From assembly GCF_006345805.1 (NCBI RefSeq), contig NC_043010.1:50220001-50284000 (forward strand): a stretch of DNA of 64,000 bases. Direction: 5' to 3'. Of this stretch, positions 12,183-22,883 are shown piece after piece. This DNA is from Octopus sinensis. Taxonomy: Eukaryota. The notes below the pieces were generated by a model that made no database searches, had not been told where the DNA came from, and worked only from the letters and a program-made list of their open reading frames with translations. A program made the position numbers and the translations under genes. The first letter of the stretch is position 1; every line of letters starts with the position of its first letter.

Positions 12183-12265
12183 GATGATATAACTGATCTC
12201 TTTGGAATTACTCTTCCTTCTGTGTAGATTTTCATATAATCTATTCCTTCTTTACATTTGAAATC
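12183..12265 (-). CDS. DUSP11: DUSP11-like exon 5 (DFKCKEGIDYMKIYTEGRVIPKRSVIS-S)
   Basis: tttttcag acceptor, GTACGT donor, Y.KI.T.G..IP motif, phases match neighbours. Confidence 0.88.
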
Positions 12266-12350
12266 CTGAAAAATTTAAATGCTACAGAAATATCAACCAA
12301 TACAAAGCGAATCAATGAATACATACAAAAAATATAATAAAGTTATACAT

Positions 12351-12649
12351 AGGCGTAGGAGTGGCTGTGTGGTTATTAGCTTGCTTTCGAACCACATGGT
12401 TCCGGGTTCAGTCCCACTGCATGGCACCTTGGGTAAGTGTCTTCTACTATGGCCAGTGTTGATGATACATAAAAGGCACCCAGTACACTCTGTGGAGTGG
12501 TTGGCATTAGGAAGAGCATCCAGCTGTAGAAACCATGCCAAAACAGACTAGAACCTGGTGCAGCTCTCCGGGTTCCCAGTTCCAGTCAAACTGTGTAACC
12601 CATGCTAGCCTGGAAAATGGATGCTAAATAATGACGATGATGATGATGA
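12351..12649 (+). mobile_element. SINE with family-B tRNA head and RTE-derived 3' tail
   Basis: ggcgtaggagtggctgtgtgg...gggttcagtccc head joined to aaggcacccagtacactc...(gat)n tail shared with the RTE LINE. Confidence 0.75.
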
Positions 12650-12744
12650 TTGCCTTTCATCAAAATCTCTAGTTTTTTAAACAAGATTGGGAGATTTCTG
12701 TAGGGAAAGCACTGCATGGCTTTAAGAATTAAATAACTACTTAC

Positions 12745-12832
12745 ATTCGGGTTGTAGTATCTTCCAGTGTTAGTGAAATCAACAACAAGACCAACTTGTG
12801 GCACTGCCTCAATCAAGTCATTTGGCGTAAAT
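12745..12832 (-). CDS. DUSP11: DUSP11-like exon 4 (FTPNDLIEAVPQVGLVVDFTNTGRYYNPN)
   Basis: poly-T tract plus AAG acceptor, GTAAGT donor, GL..D.TNT.RYY motif. Confidence 0.92.
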
Positions 12833-13344
12833 CTTTACATACAAAAAAAAAAGAAAATAAATGAATAAAAATAAAGGCAAAAATTAATGAATAAAAATAA
12901 AGGCAAAAATTAAGTATTAAACACAGAAATCCTCCATTTCCCAAACAACTTTTCATTGTGTGAAATAGAAAATATAAAGAGTGGCTTTATATAAATATAA
13001 AGGTGTAGTAGTACTCGTCTGGTGCTTATTTTATCAACCCTGAAAGGTTGAAAGGCAAAGTTGACCACAGCAGAATTTGAACTCAGAACATTTGAGATGG
13101 ATGAAATGATACTAAGCATTTTTTCGGGCATGCTAACAATTCTGCTAAGTCACTGTCTTGGGGGTAAACTTAATAATAATGACAGCTTATATATGATAAT
13201 AGTGTTAATGGTAATTTATAACTGATGGTGTTTGATAATAACAATTTATACATGATAATGGTGATAAGGACAGTTTAATGATGGTATATATAAATGGTAG
13301 TGACATCTTTATAAATATATACACAGACTGGAATTACACCTCAC

Positions 13345-13376
13345 CTCATCTCATCAGCAAGAGAAACAGTCAGATT
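13345..13376 (-). CDS. DUSP11: DUSP11-like exon 3, 32 nt (NLTVSLADEM-R)
   Basis: tctttcag acceptor, GTGAGG donor; supplies the phase 0 to phase 2 shift required between exons 2 and 4. Confidence 0.8.
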
Positions 13377-13744
13377 CTGAAAGATAACAAAATCGAATCA
13401 AAGTATGCAAATAAATTTAAAGGCATGTATTTAATAAGCAGGCACAAAGAGCCATTGACGAAGAAGACATCTGAAGAATTGGTAATAACCCCAAAACAAA
13501 GTCAACTTGTTCTTCATATCATTCTTATTCCCGACTCTATTTATATAACAAGGTTTAGAAAAAAAAAAAATACAGCCATCAGAAGTGCACATGTGGCTGT
13601 ATGGCAAGAAGTTTGCTGTTCAGCCACATGGTTCTGAGTTCAGTCCCATTGCATGACACCTTGGGCAAGTGTCTTCTACTATTGCCCCAGGCCAACCAAA
13701 GCCTTCTGAGTAGATTTAACAAATAGAAACTGAAAGAAGCCCAT

Positions 13745-13783
<39 letters not shown>

Positions 13784-13859
13784 CTTGGCAACTTGCCATA
13801 CACAAGAAGACACGTACTCCGCAGCAGAAGTGTCAAGATCAATTCCTTCTGGTGGTGTA

Positions 13860-14018
13860 AAGTACTTGTGGTGGTACCACGTAAAAGCATCCATGTGGTG
13901 CTATGTAATAGCACCAGTGTGGCAACAAGTAAAAGTGCCTGTGCAGTTCCATGTAAAAGTTCCTGTGTGGTGCCACATAAAAAAGCCTTTGTGGCACCAT
14001 GTAAAAGCACCCAGTACA
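13860..14018 (+). repeat. Minisatellite of about 24 bp (gtgtggtgccatgtaaaagcacc-like, about 6 units), derived from the RTE/SINE 3' region
   Basis: Visible tandem periodicity. Confidence 0.7.
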
Positions 14019-14444
14019 CCTTATTATATCTTTTAATTACTAAATGTTACATGCATTATTATATGCAATACTGTATTAATATGATTCAACAATAGTTGTA
14101 TGCATGCACACACCCAAAGATATGCACATAAACAGCTAACATTGAATCATATTATTAATACAATATTACATGTAATATATGTAACATTCAGCAATAGCTG
14201 ATGATGATGCATTGAGACTATTGTAGTGATTTGTAATAAAGTCTGTTCAATCCATTTTCTCATATTAAAATTCATGTGTCTGAGTGTGTATATATTTGGG
14301 TCTCGTCTTCACATCATGTGAAAGCTGTAAATGATTGTCATTGTTATACAAGCAGTGTCATTTATTTCTAATATACTGTGAGACCATGGCTAGCCATAAG
14401 GAAAAATTACCTTGCTTGGAAGGTAATATAACACACACACATAT

Positions 14445-14551
14445 ATATACATACATATATTTATATACATACATATATTTGTATACATACATATATTTGT
14501 ATACATACATATATTTGTATACATACATATATTTGTATACATACATATATT

Positions 14552-14592
<41 letters not shown>
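14445..14592. repeat. 18-bp minisatellite (atacatacatatatttgt, about 6 units) followed by (TA)n
   Basis: Direct inspection. Confidence 0.9.
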
Positions 14593-14593
<1 letters not shown>

Positions 14594-14711
14594 AACATAT
14601 ACAACAGGTTTCTATCTACCAAACTGACTCACAAGATTTTGGTTGGCCCAAAGCTGTAGTAGAAGACATTTGCCCAAGGTACCACACAGTGGGACTGAGC
14701 CCCAAACCATA

Positions 14712-14985
14712 GGGCCAGCAGATTTCCAAGATTTAGCTCCCCCCCCCCCAATTATCACAGAACCTTCTCCATGCTTAATAGGTGGAAGAAGACAGACATG
14801 GTCAAATGCTTCTTTTGGCTGTATCCACATGTATACTCTGCCAGTGGTCGGAAATAAGGTAAAGGATGACTTGTTCAAGAAAATAACATTCTTCCACTGC
14901 TCTAGGAACCAATTCTGTAGGCTTTTACTCCACTCTAGACTGCCTTGAATGTTTCTGACAGTGTCCATTCGGTAACTAGCAACTT
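14712..14985 (-). mobile_element. Degenerate Tc1-family transposase fragment
   Basis: WKNVIFLNKSSF (W..V.FSDES.F), GRVY.W..PKE, IKHGEGSVI (VKHGGGSVM) motifs. Confidence 0.8.
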
Positions 14986-15547
14986 GGAGTTAAACAGCAA
15001 CAGAGTCATAGTTGCAATTTATCATTATTTACTCACCATAAATACATTCAAACATATGAATCTAGAGAAAACAATTAACTTTTATGAGAAAAAAAAAAGG
15101 GGGCGGATGTAGTCTTTCTGTTTATGCAAACAAATTGAATCATTGTGAACTATCATCATTGAAATTTTGTAAAAGTTTTCTCGTTTTCATTTTTTGAATT
15201 GTAATTTCTGTTAATAAACGTGGAATCCTCCTAAAACATTTTTGAAAAAAAAATAAAAGTTAAACAAAAAATTGAGAGTGGAAGAGAATTTGAGAAACGC
15301 TCTTCTTTCTTTTCCCCTTTTTTGTGAAAAAAAAAAAATCAACATTTTCGCTGTTGCAAACAGGAATGCGAAAAAAAATCATTGGAAGAAGGAAAAAAAA
15401 AGTGGGATGTTTCCTACTCGACACGTCAGCTCGGAAAAGCCGAACTGCGTCAATATTTCTACTTTCAGTATGTGATCACAAATCGACAGAATACCAAAAT
15501 AGTAATGAAAAAAAATAAATAAAGGAAAGCATAAAATATATACTCAC

Positions 15548-15623
15548 AGACTTCAAGGGTGTCTTACAGGCAAGGAAGCGAGTACCTTCAATAATTTTAC
15601 CAATTTTTGAATAAATTTCCCAT
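15548..15623 (-). CDS. DUSP11: DUSP11-like exon 2 (WEIYSKIGKIIEGTRFLACKTPLKS)
   Basis: ttttcag acceptor, GTGAGT donor, GTRF..K.PL motif. Confidence 0.92.
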
Positions 15624-16342
15624 CTGAAAAGAGGTTTTAGAAATCTGGATAAAAGTTTTCAGTTACTTTCATTTTGTTACTTACTGATTTAGTTCCGGGT
15701 TATAGTAGTGGCAAGTTACTCAATACATGACTGTATGTGTAAACGGGTGAAATTTAAATGGTAAAGCCTTACTGTATTTAATCTAACCATTCCAATTGTG
15801 AATTCACAAGGTGAGTTTGACTCGGGCTGCGCTAAGAAATCGTCATATATTGAGAGCAGGTTTCGATTTCTAGTAGCAGCACAACAGTGATTTCTTATAA
15901 TCGCGTTAACGTTCTTAGGAACTATGAATCTGAAACAATCTGTCATATATAGAAGACACTGAAAACTAACAGGATTTTTTAAATAAAGCTTACATTAACT
16001 GACCAAGCAAATTTCTTACGAAATTATTTCGAAATTGCGTAAGTCGAAGATAACTTTCTGAAAATAAATAAACAATATCAATAATTCCATTACAAAACAA
16101 TCAACTAAAGCGACTAACAGTAACGATAGGTTATGTTTACAAAGTAAAAAAAACAAACAAACTAGATGAAGGAACTGGAACGGTTACGAACAACTTTTCA
16201 AGATCCACTTATGGTACAGAAGGATGCGTTCTCTCTCTACTGTCTATCTTTCAATAGTTTAGGTATTATATAGAGAAAGTCCCTTTTCAATTTGTCCATA
16301 CGTATCTATATCTAATAATCAACAGTAATATATCGACCTTAC

Positions 16343-16362
16343 CTATCTGGTATACCAGGCAT
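16343..16362 (-). CDS. DUSP11: DUSP11-like coding exon 1 (MPGIPD-R)
   Basis: ATG CCT GGT ATA CCA GAT AG|GTAAG; the phase-2 end completes the family IPDRW motif with exon 2. Confidence 0.88.
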
Positions 16363-16581
16363 CGTGGTGGATGATCTTTCAACACAAGTGATACGGAAGA
16401 GTCAATTGGACATGATGGGACAGCGAAACGGAAGTAAACACGGTACACGCGCGTTACCAACCGGTAGCTGATATTGGCGTGGGCGTGGGCGACATCGTCA
16501 TAGATATATAATAAACATCCACCCTGAACAGTCGGTGTTCTGTTCAGTGTTTGCTTGAGATTAGTAAGTCACTTCACCAAC
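16363..16581. promoter_or_regulatory. Putative bidirectional promoter shared by DUSP11-like and ALDH3
   Basis: Divergent ATGs about 220 bp apart; locally CpG-rich; ETS-like CGGAAG at 16394 and 16429, reverse CCAAT at 16473, GGCGTGGGCGTGGGCG GC box at 16476-16491, TATATAA at 16505, TCAGT Inr-like at 16544. Confidence 0.7.
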
Positions 16582-18069
16582 ATGTCAGCTGCTTCAGTTG
16601 TTGCAGGTTTACGGAAATCATTCCGAGAAGGAATAACTAAATCGTATGAATGGCGTCGCAGTCAACTACTAGCTTTGCTAAAACTGATTGATGACAACTT
16701 CTCTGATATAGCAGCTGCCCTAAAAGATGATTTGAATAAGTCAGAGTTCGAGAGTCAGTTGATGGAAGTGGATATTACCAGAAACGAAGTCGTCAACCAC
16801 CTGAATAACCTATCTGAATGGATGAAACCGACCTATGTCAAGAAAACTTTAATAAACAGTTTGGATACTTGCATGATAAAACCTGAACCGTTAGGGGTAT
16901 CTCTCGTCTTGGGCGCCTGGAACTACCCTTTTCACCTCGCTATAATGCCAGTGATAGGGGCCATCTCAGCTGGAAACTGTGTCATCCTCAAACCCTCAGA
17001 AATATCAGAGTGTACCTCGAACCTGATAAGTAAGTTGATGCCTAATTATTTGGACGATCGGTGCTTGAAAGTGATGTTGGGCGGTATCCCAGAAACAACG
17101 GAGCTACTCAAAGAACGTTTTGATTACATTTTCTATACAGGTAGCACTTCAGTCGGTAAGATCATCATGACTGCTGCCGCCAAACATTTAACCCCTGTCA
17201 CTCTGGAATTAGGTGGTAAGAGCCCTGTTTATGTTGATAAAACCAGTGACTTACCTACTGTTGCCAATCGAATCATGTGGGGCAAATGTGCGAATTCTGG
17301 ACAAACCTGTATTGCTCCTGACTTCGTATTATGTTCTCCTGATTTGCAGCAAAAACTTGTGGAAGCACTGAAAAATAGTGTAACGAAGTTTTTTGGCACC
17401 GATGTTTCTAAATCAGAGTATTACTGTCGCATTATTAACAACCAACACTTTCTTCGTATAAAAAAACTACTTGAGGGCCAAAAACCTGCCTTTGGGGGCG
17501 ATATGAACGAAGCGGATAAATTCATAGCACCAACAGTTTTGACGGACGTAAAACCCACTGACCAGGTTATGGAGGGCGAAATATTCGGTCCCGTTTTACC
17601 CATTCTACCCATGGAAAACGTTCAGGCAGCCATCGATTATATAAACAGCAGACCAAAACCACTTGCTCTCTATGTATTTTCTAATGATAGCAAAGTGGTG
17701 AACAAATTCCTTTCGGAAACTTCAAGTGGTGGCGTTTGTGTTAACGATACCTTGATGCAGATATCCATGGAGACCCTACCATTTGGTGGCGTGGGTGAAA
17801 GTGGTATGGGTGCCTACCATGGCAAACACTCATTCGATACGTTCTCTCACATGAAATCAATCATGTGGAAATCTCAAGCCTTAGAATCCGTTAACGACCT
17901 CCGTTATCCTCCGTATACCGAGAAAAACATGACCTGGCTGAGAAGACTATCAAGGAAATCTGTTAAAAGTAAGTCTTGGCTGCCGTTCTCTCTACTTGGA
18001 TTGGTGCTATTTAGTGCTGTTATGCTTATTATGACGAATAAGGACCACATTATAACCAAATTCCAATAA
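16582..18069 (+). CDS. ALDH3A2: Intronless class-3 aldehyde dehydrogenase (fatty aldehyde dehydrogenase, ALDH3A2-like), 495 aa, with C-terminal membrane anchor
   Basis: Uninterrupted ORF from the first ATG (caacATGt). Motifs: PLGV.LVLGAWNYP, KPSE, FYTGSTSVG, LELGGKSP (catalytic Glu), GQTCIAPD (catalytic Cys), EIFGP, PFGGVGESGMGAYHG, RYPPY, and hydrophobic tail WLPFSLLGLVLFSAVMLIM. Orthology within ALDH3 (A2 versus B1) is not resolvable by eye. Confidence 0.93.
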   Translation: MSAASVVAGLRKSFREGITKSYEWRRSQLLALLKLIDDNFSDIAAALKDDLNKSEFESQLMEVDITRNEVVNHLNNLSEWMKPTYVKKTLINSLDTCMIKPEPLGVSLVLGAWNYPFHLAIMPVIGAISAGNCVILKPSEISECTSNLISKLMPNYLDDRCLKVMLGGIPETTELLKERFDYIFYTGSTSVGKIIMTAAAKHLTPVTLELGGKSPVYVDKTSDLPTVANRIMWGKCANSGQTCIAPDFVLCSPDLQQKLVEALKNSVTKFFGTDVSKSEYYCRIINNQHFLRIKKLLEGQKPAFGGDMNEADKFIAPTVLTDVKPTDQVMEGEIFGPVLPILPMENVQAAIDYINSRPKPLALYVFSNDSKVVNKFLSETSSGGVCVNDTLMQISMETLPFGGVGESGMGAYHGKHSFDTFSHMKSIMWKSQALESVNDLRYPPYTEKNMTWLRRLSRKSVKSKSWLPFSLLGLVLFSAVMLIMTNKDHIITKFQ

Positions 18070-18512
18070 TATACCAAAAAAGAAATCCCATGGAATTTTA
18101 TTTTCTGTTTAGGAAATTATTACTGCAATACTACCTATCTCCCAATTAATTTAGTAACACTGGCTCAGGCAATAGCAATGTATTTACATTTTTCATCTAA
18201 ACTAGATGGGGAAATAGAATATTCAGACTTTTAGTTTGTTTATGTAGTTTCTTGTAATGGATAAGTGAGGCGAGCAGATGATTCTGGAGAGAAAGACGAT
18301 TCATTAAATAGCAAGTAGCTAACTTTCTCAACTTTTTTTTCTTCTGTATTTTATTAATTTCTGAAGTTTTCTTTCATAATTAATGTTTTGCGAAAGGCAT
18401 GTCTCATATAAGTATAAGCATAAGCTTTCATACAAATACATCCATGCAGCGATACATACATATGTATGTTATTTCAACTTTAATTAAAGACACACAAACC
18501 AGCGATGGTTTA

Positions 18513-18518
18513 AATAAA
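18513..18518 (+). terminator. Candidate polyadenylation signal of ALDH3 (second candidate near 18625)
   Basis: First AATAAA downstream of the stop, followed by T-rich sequence; not verifiable without transcripts. Confidence 0.4.
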
Positions 18519-19773
18519 GCTGTGTACATTTATATTGAACTTCTTTTATATAAACTACATTTATATTGAACCCTTTTCTGTCTCTCACTCACAAAAAATT
18601 AAAAGCAAAAAAAAAAGAAACAACAATAAAATGGTATTTTTTCTTTATTTTGTCTCTGTCAATTATTTCCAGGAATATATATATACATATATAACTTGGG
18701 TAAGTTTGTAATTTTAACATTTTCCATTCTCATTACATACATTCAATGATCTTTTTTCTCTATTCATCGTTTTTTCTTTTCCTATTTTAATTCTTAAGGC
18801 GAAGTTTCGTAATGAAGTATTGAATTCTTTAATTTTCTTTTTCTCATGGTTAAAACATTCAGAGGGAAAAAGAAAGGAGAATAATGAAGTTTGCAATTAG
18901 TTTTATATTCCAAAGCAACAAAGAATGAAAGGGGCTAGTAGAAATGTAAGTAAAATTTAAATTTTAGAAGTTTATTTACATATTTTACGAATTGTAATCT
19001 CCGATGTTTAAACTGAAAGACTAAATTTTATAAAAAAAGGGTTAACTCGAGTTGCTTATTTCGAAAGTCTGACACACATTGTAACCTTTAACCTTTAAAA
19101 TGACCCGATGAAATTTTAAAAAATTCTTGTTACTTTCTTAAACCTTACTTTTACACGCGTTCGAAAAACTGGTTACAAAAAAAAAAAGCGCATGAGAAAG
19201 TTTTTCTTAGGAGGAGGACTACGTTAAATTATACTTGGTGATCGAACTGAACCAGAAATAAAATTTTATAACAGATAGTAAAAAACGAAAAAACTAAATG
19301 GAAAAGACACAATAAACTTAGTTCTTTGTATATCCACTGCTAAAATTGTACTAATTGGGAAGAAAGCTACACAATTCGTTTGAGATTAGCGAAATAGATG
19401 AAAAGTTGTTGGATGCTAAATTTACTCCTGCGCTTATAAGGGTTAATTGATAATAAAATATGTCTTTATAAGGGTTAACTGATAATAAAATAGCATTCAA
19501 CCCAGAGGCATACCATTTTTTTTGTTTTTCATTAAGATTTCGATATTTTCAATTACTTCTTGATTAACGCAATTAAGTTACTTCGATCTTTTATTTATTT
19601 TGTTAATTTCTGAAATTTTCTTTCATAATTAATGCTTTGCGAAAGGCATGTCTCATATAAGGATTAGTTTACTATTATTAAGCATAAGCTTTCATACATA
19701 TTGAAAGTTAATGTGTGAAAACAATATAGGAATTTTGAAAGAAGTTTCTATCAAACTAGTTTTGCTATGGAGG

Positions 19774-20069
19774 TCCGCCAGAATAAAACAATAATCAAAG
19801 GGGTCCATAAAAGAAAAAATGGTTTGAGAACCCCTATTCTAGTCAACTTGTCGAAGTGAGATGACGGTAAACTCAAGAGATGTCAAATTTGACAGCAAAA
19901 TTTACATTTCAGTGGCATTACTCTGTGCGTGTGTGTGTGTGTGATCCCTTCTTTCCTCCGAGGCATCTCTTCAGTTTACCGTCACCTCACTTCGACAAGT
20001 TGACTAGACTAGGGGTTCTCAAACCATTTTTTCTTTTATGGACCCCTTTGATTATTATTTTATTCGGCG
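19774..20069. repeat. Foldback inverted repeat with arms of about 105 bp, including a hAT-like end (taggggttctcaaacc)
   Basis: 19774-19881 is the reverse complement of 19964-20069 with few mismatches. Confidence 0.85.
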
Positions 20070-20428
20070 ATCTTATTGTTTTCACACATTGACTTTTGTA
20101 GGTTGAACTGTGTAAAACATTAGGAAAAGAAGCCTATCTGTTTCTTTGCAATATATACCAATACATGTGTAGTGACTTTTTCAAAAACACTTTTCTCACT
20201 GAAAAATAATAGTTGACGACAGTTAGATTGAACACATGACTTTACCAAGCCAGTTTGTCTTTTCCACTTCCCTCCTAACCTTCTGTATGCAATGGCGAGT
20301 TGAATTGAGATAACAGTTGACAACCTACGAACATCTGTTCTCTGTTGTTTTTTTTTGTTTTTTTGACTCGGGTCAAAGCTTTAGTTTAACCTACCCCTCT
20401 TTCTAGTTAGCTTACATTGTTATAAATG

Positions 20429-20778
20429 TGGAGGAGCAATGGCCCAGTGGTTAGGGCAGCGGACTCGCGGTCATAGGATTGCGGTTTCGATTCTCAGATT
20501 GGGTGTTGTTAGTGTTTATTGAGCGAAAGCTCCATGAGGCTCCGGCAGGGAATGGTGGCGAACCCTGCAGTACTCTTTCACCACAACTTTCTCTCACTCT
20601 TACTTCGTGTTTCTGTTGTGCCTGTAATTCAAAGGGCCAGCCGTGTCACGCTGAATATCCCCGAATGTCTGTTGAGCGCTCAACCACTTGCACATTACAA
20701 TTGGTAACTGCCAACTCGAACATTAATTTCCCGATCGGATCAACTGGAACCCTTGTCGTCGTATGCGACGGAGTGCCT
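20429..20778 (+). mobile_element. SINE family C (head tggagg.gcaatggcccagtggttagggcagcggactc)
   Basis: tRNA-like A box tggcccagtgg and B box ggtttcgatt; relatives at 23130-23445(-), 30902-31150, 31555-31797(-), 35646-35890, 45319-45617. Confidence 0.8.
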
Positions 20779-20791
20779 AGAGACATTGTTA

Positions 20792-21186
20792 TCTATATAT
20801 ATATAAAGCTGAAGTTGTCTGTGTGTGGCAGGTTTGGTAGCCTTCAACTAACACTATCTCCTCCGAGACCCTGCGGCGCAAGTTGACCAACATTGAGAGT
20901 ATGATAGAAGAAGGCTTGCTCTTAATTCCGTAGAAGATAAAATTCAAATCGGACCATGTTAAGACCAAAAATTATTTACATCAAAAAGGTACTTTTTTTT
21001 CTATGAAAATCCCTGTTTTTCACGATTTTTTTTTACTGCTGTGTCGACATTTTTCGGTGTATTTCAACCAGAAAAATGTTCACTTAAAGAGAATAACAAG
21101 CTACATAATGCAAAATTTTTACTTTTCAAAAATTCCAATTCTAAAGGGTCGAAACAAACCCGAGCAACGCCGGACGATACTGCTAG
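20792..21186 (+). mobile_element. Non-autonomous Helitron-like element
   Basis: A|TC start, CTAG|T end, subterminal hairpin; colinear with 8025-8390. Confidence 0.8.
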
Positions 21187-22883
21187 TAAATAGTAAAATT
21201 CCGTAAGGAAAAATCAGTTGGTGAAAAAGAGACGACCACTTGCAGAATTCAGTTGGTGAGAGAAGGCTCACAGCTAGAATGACAACTATGATATAGTGTC
21301 TTTACTTCATCACCACGTTTGTACATTATTTGCTCACTATAGCTCATCTTCCCTTTCTAACAAACGTCATTCTCTCTCTCCACTGCTATTTAAATCAACT
21401 TCCTACACTTATATTTACTTTATCTTCTTCTGACCCTCATTTAGCATCTAAGTAGGAGGTCAACATAAAAACAGCAACAACATCCAAGATAGGATAATTC
21501 TCTCTATTGTTTTTGTGTTATACCATCCCGACGTCGTGTGTTGCTATATATTAATAATGGTAAATAAAATTTGGAGTCAGCATCAACTTCGACCAGTCAT
21601 TCTTTGACATCCGCATCATCATCATCATCATCCATAGAACAACTCAAAACGAATTAATGCATCTACCGTTACAATTGGTAACTGCCAACTCAAACATAGC
21701 ATTACACATGCATTGAAAGCAAGATGTTTCCAGGGGCCCTTAAAATACTATCATGGATCCTGAATTTACTATTTTGTTATGGATCCTCAGGGGGCCACAT
21801 AAACACCGGTTGAGAACCACTGGCTGAGGCAGGCAGGTGACGGAATTCTGGTTTAAGTACCCCATATATAACCCCTTGACTTTTTATATTTCTTGGAATT
21901 TTCAGAAAATCTTTGTGAAATTCTGCCAAAGACTGTTTTACCACTGGTTACTTTGCTGGGAGGGAATTCCAATGAAATAATAATAAATGAAAACCTGAAT
22001 GTTGACATCGAGGATTTTAAGCCCTGTGTCACTGCTGCTGCTGTTTGGGCTCTGGGTCAACCTGACTAAGCAAGCTACTAAGAAAAAAAAAATGGTAGCA
22101 ATTTATTGAGAACAGTCAATGAAATACAATTGACTGAAAACAGTTGAACAAAAAAAAAAAAAATCAAAATTATCAGAGTAACATTTAATTGAATTGATAA
22201 TCAAATTATCACAACTATATGAATTATGGAAAATAGGTTAAAGGTAAAAGAATGATATCATTATGTTTAGTTTATTATTATTATTATTAAAATGTTTGTG
22301 TGGGAACGCGGAGTAGATGAAACAAGGACAACTGAAGAAGGAGAATATTGCTGTTTTTTCATTGTTTGAAAAAAAGTTCGTTTCTATGTTTTTGTTTTTA
22401 AGTTTTCATTTCTCATTGTGTTCAACGTAGTTTTGATGTCCTGTACCCATATATGCATGTATATATACATATAAATGTAGGTATGTATATATGCATATAT
22501 TTATATATTATTTATATTATTATATGATTGAACGCCACGCATCCTTTTCCAAGTAAGCTTTATCTTCATATTTATTTTAACCTGAAAACAAGTACATTAT
22601 GTCAAAGTCCTTTTTAATGGATTTTATTTCTGCTAATTGATGAGGTGAGATTTATCCATCTGCATTGTAAAAGCATAGCATGCTCTGAAAAAATAATTTG
22701 GAAGTCTACTTGTGCTGGTGACACATATAAAGCAGCCAGCGCACTGTAAAGTGGTTGGCATTAGGAAGGACATCCAGCTGTAGAAACCATGCCGAAACTG
22801 ACAATAGGAAGCAGAGCAACGCTTCAGTTGGCCAACTTCTACCAACCCATGCCAGCATGGAGAATGGATGTTAAATAATAAAG

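Larger units (their letters stand above)
853..16362 (-). other. DUSP11: Gene span: DUSP11/PIR1-like RNA 5'-triphosphatase, 10 coding exons, 966 nt CDS, 321 aa
   Basis: Hand-spliced exons 16362-16343, 15623-15548, 13376-13345, 12832-12745, 12265-12183, 10145-10099, 7786-7726, 4560-4514, 3107-3047, 1303-853 join in frame with GT-AG introns. The protein MPGIPDRWEIYSKIG...TRFLACKTPL...VVDFTNTGRYY...HCTHGLNRTGYFICRY...ARGHKMERENY is the RNA-triphosphatase type of cysteine phosphatase. No guanylyltransferase domain follows, so it is DUSP11 rather than RNGTT. Confidence 0.92.

Noticed and set aside
15679-15946. GTAAGT donor-like site and short ORF in DUSP11 intron 1 as an alternative exon
   Set aside because: Exon 1 to exon 2 already gives the conserved IPDRW motif; there is no homology or other support without transcripts.
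853-16362. mRNA capping enzyme (RNGTT) as the identity of the minus-strand gene
   Set aside because: The phosphatase domain is followed by a low-complexity tail and stop, with no KxDG guanylyltransferase domain; the motif is HGLNRTGY.
16555-16581. N-terminal extension of ALDH3 from a TTG start
   Set aside because: Eukaryotic gene; the ATG at 16582 has good context and fits ALDH3 length.
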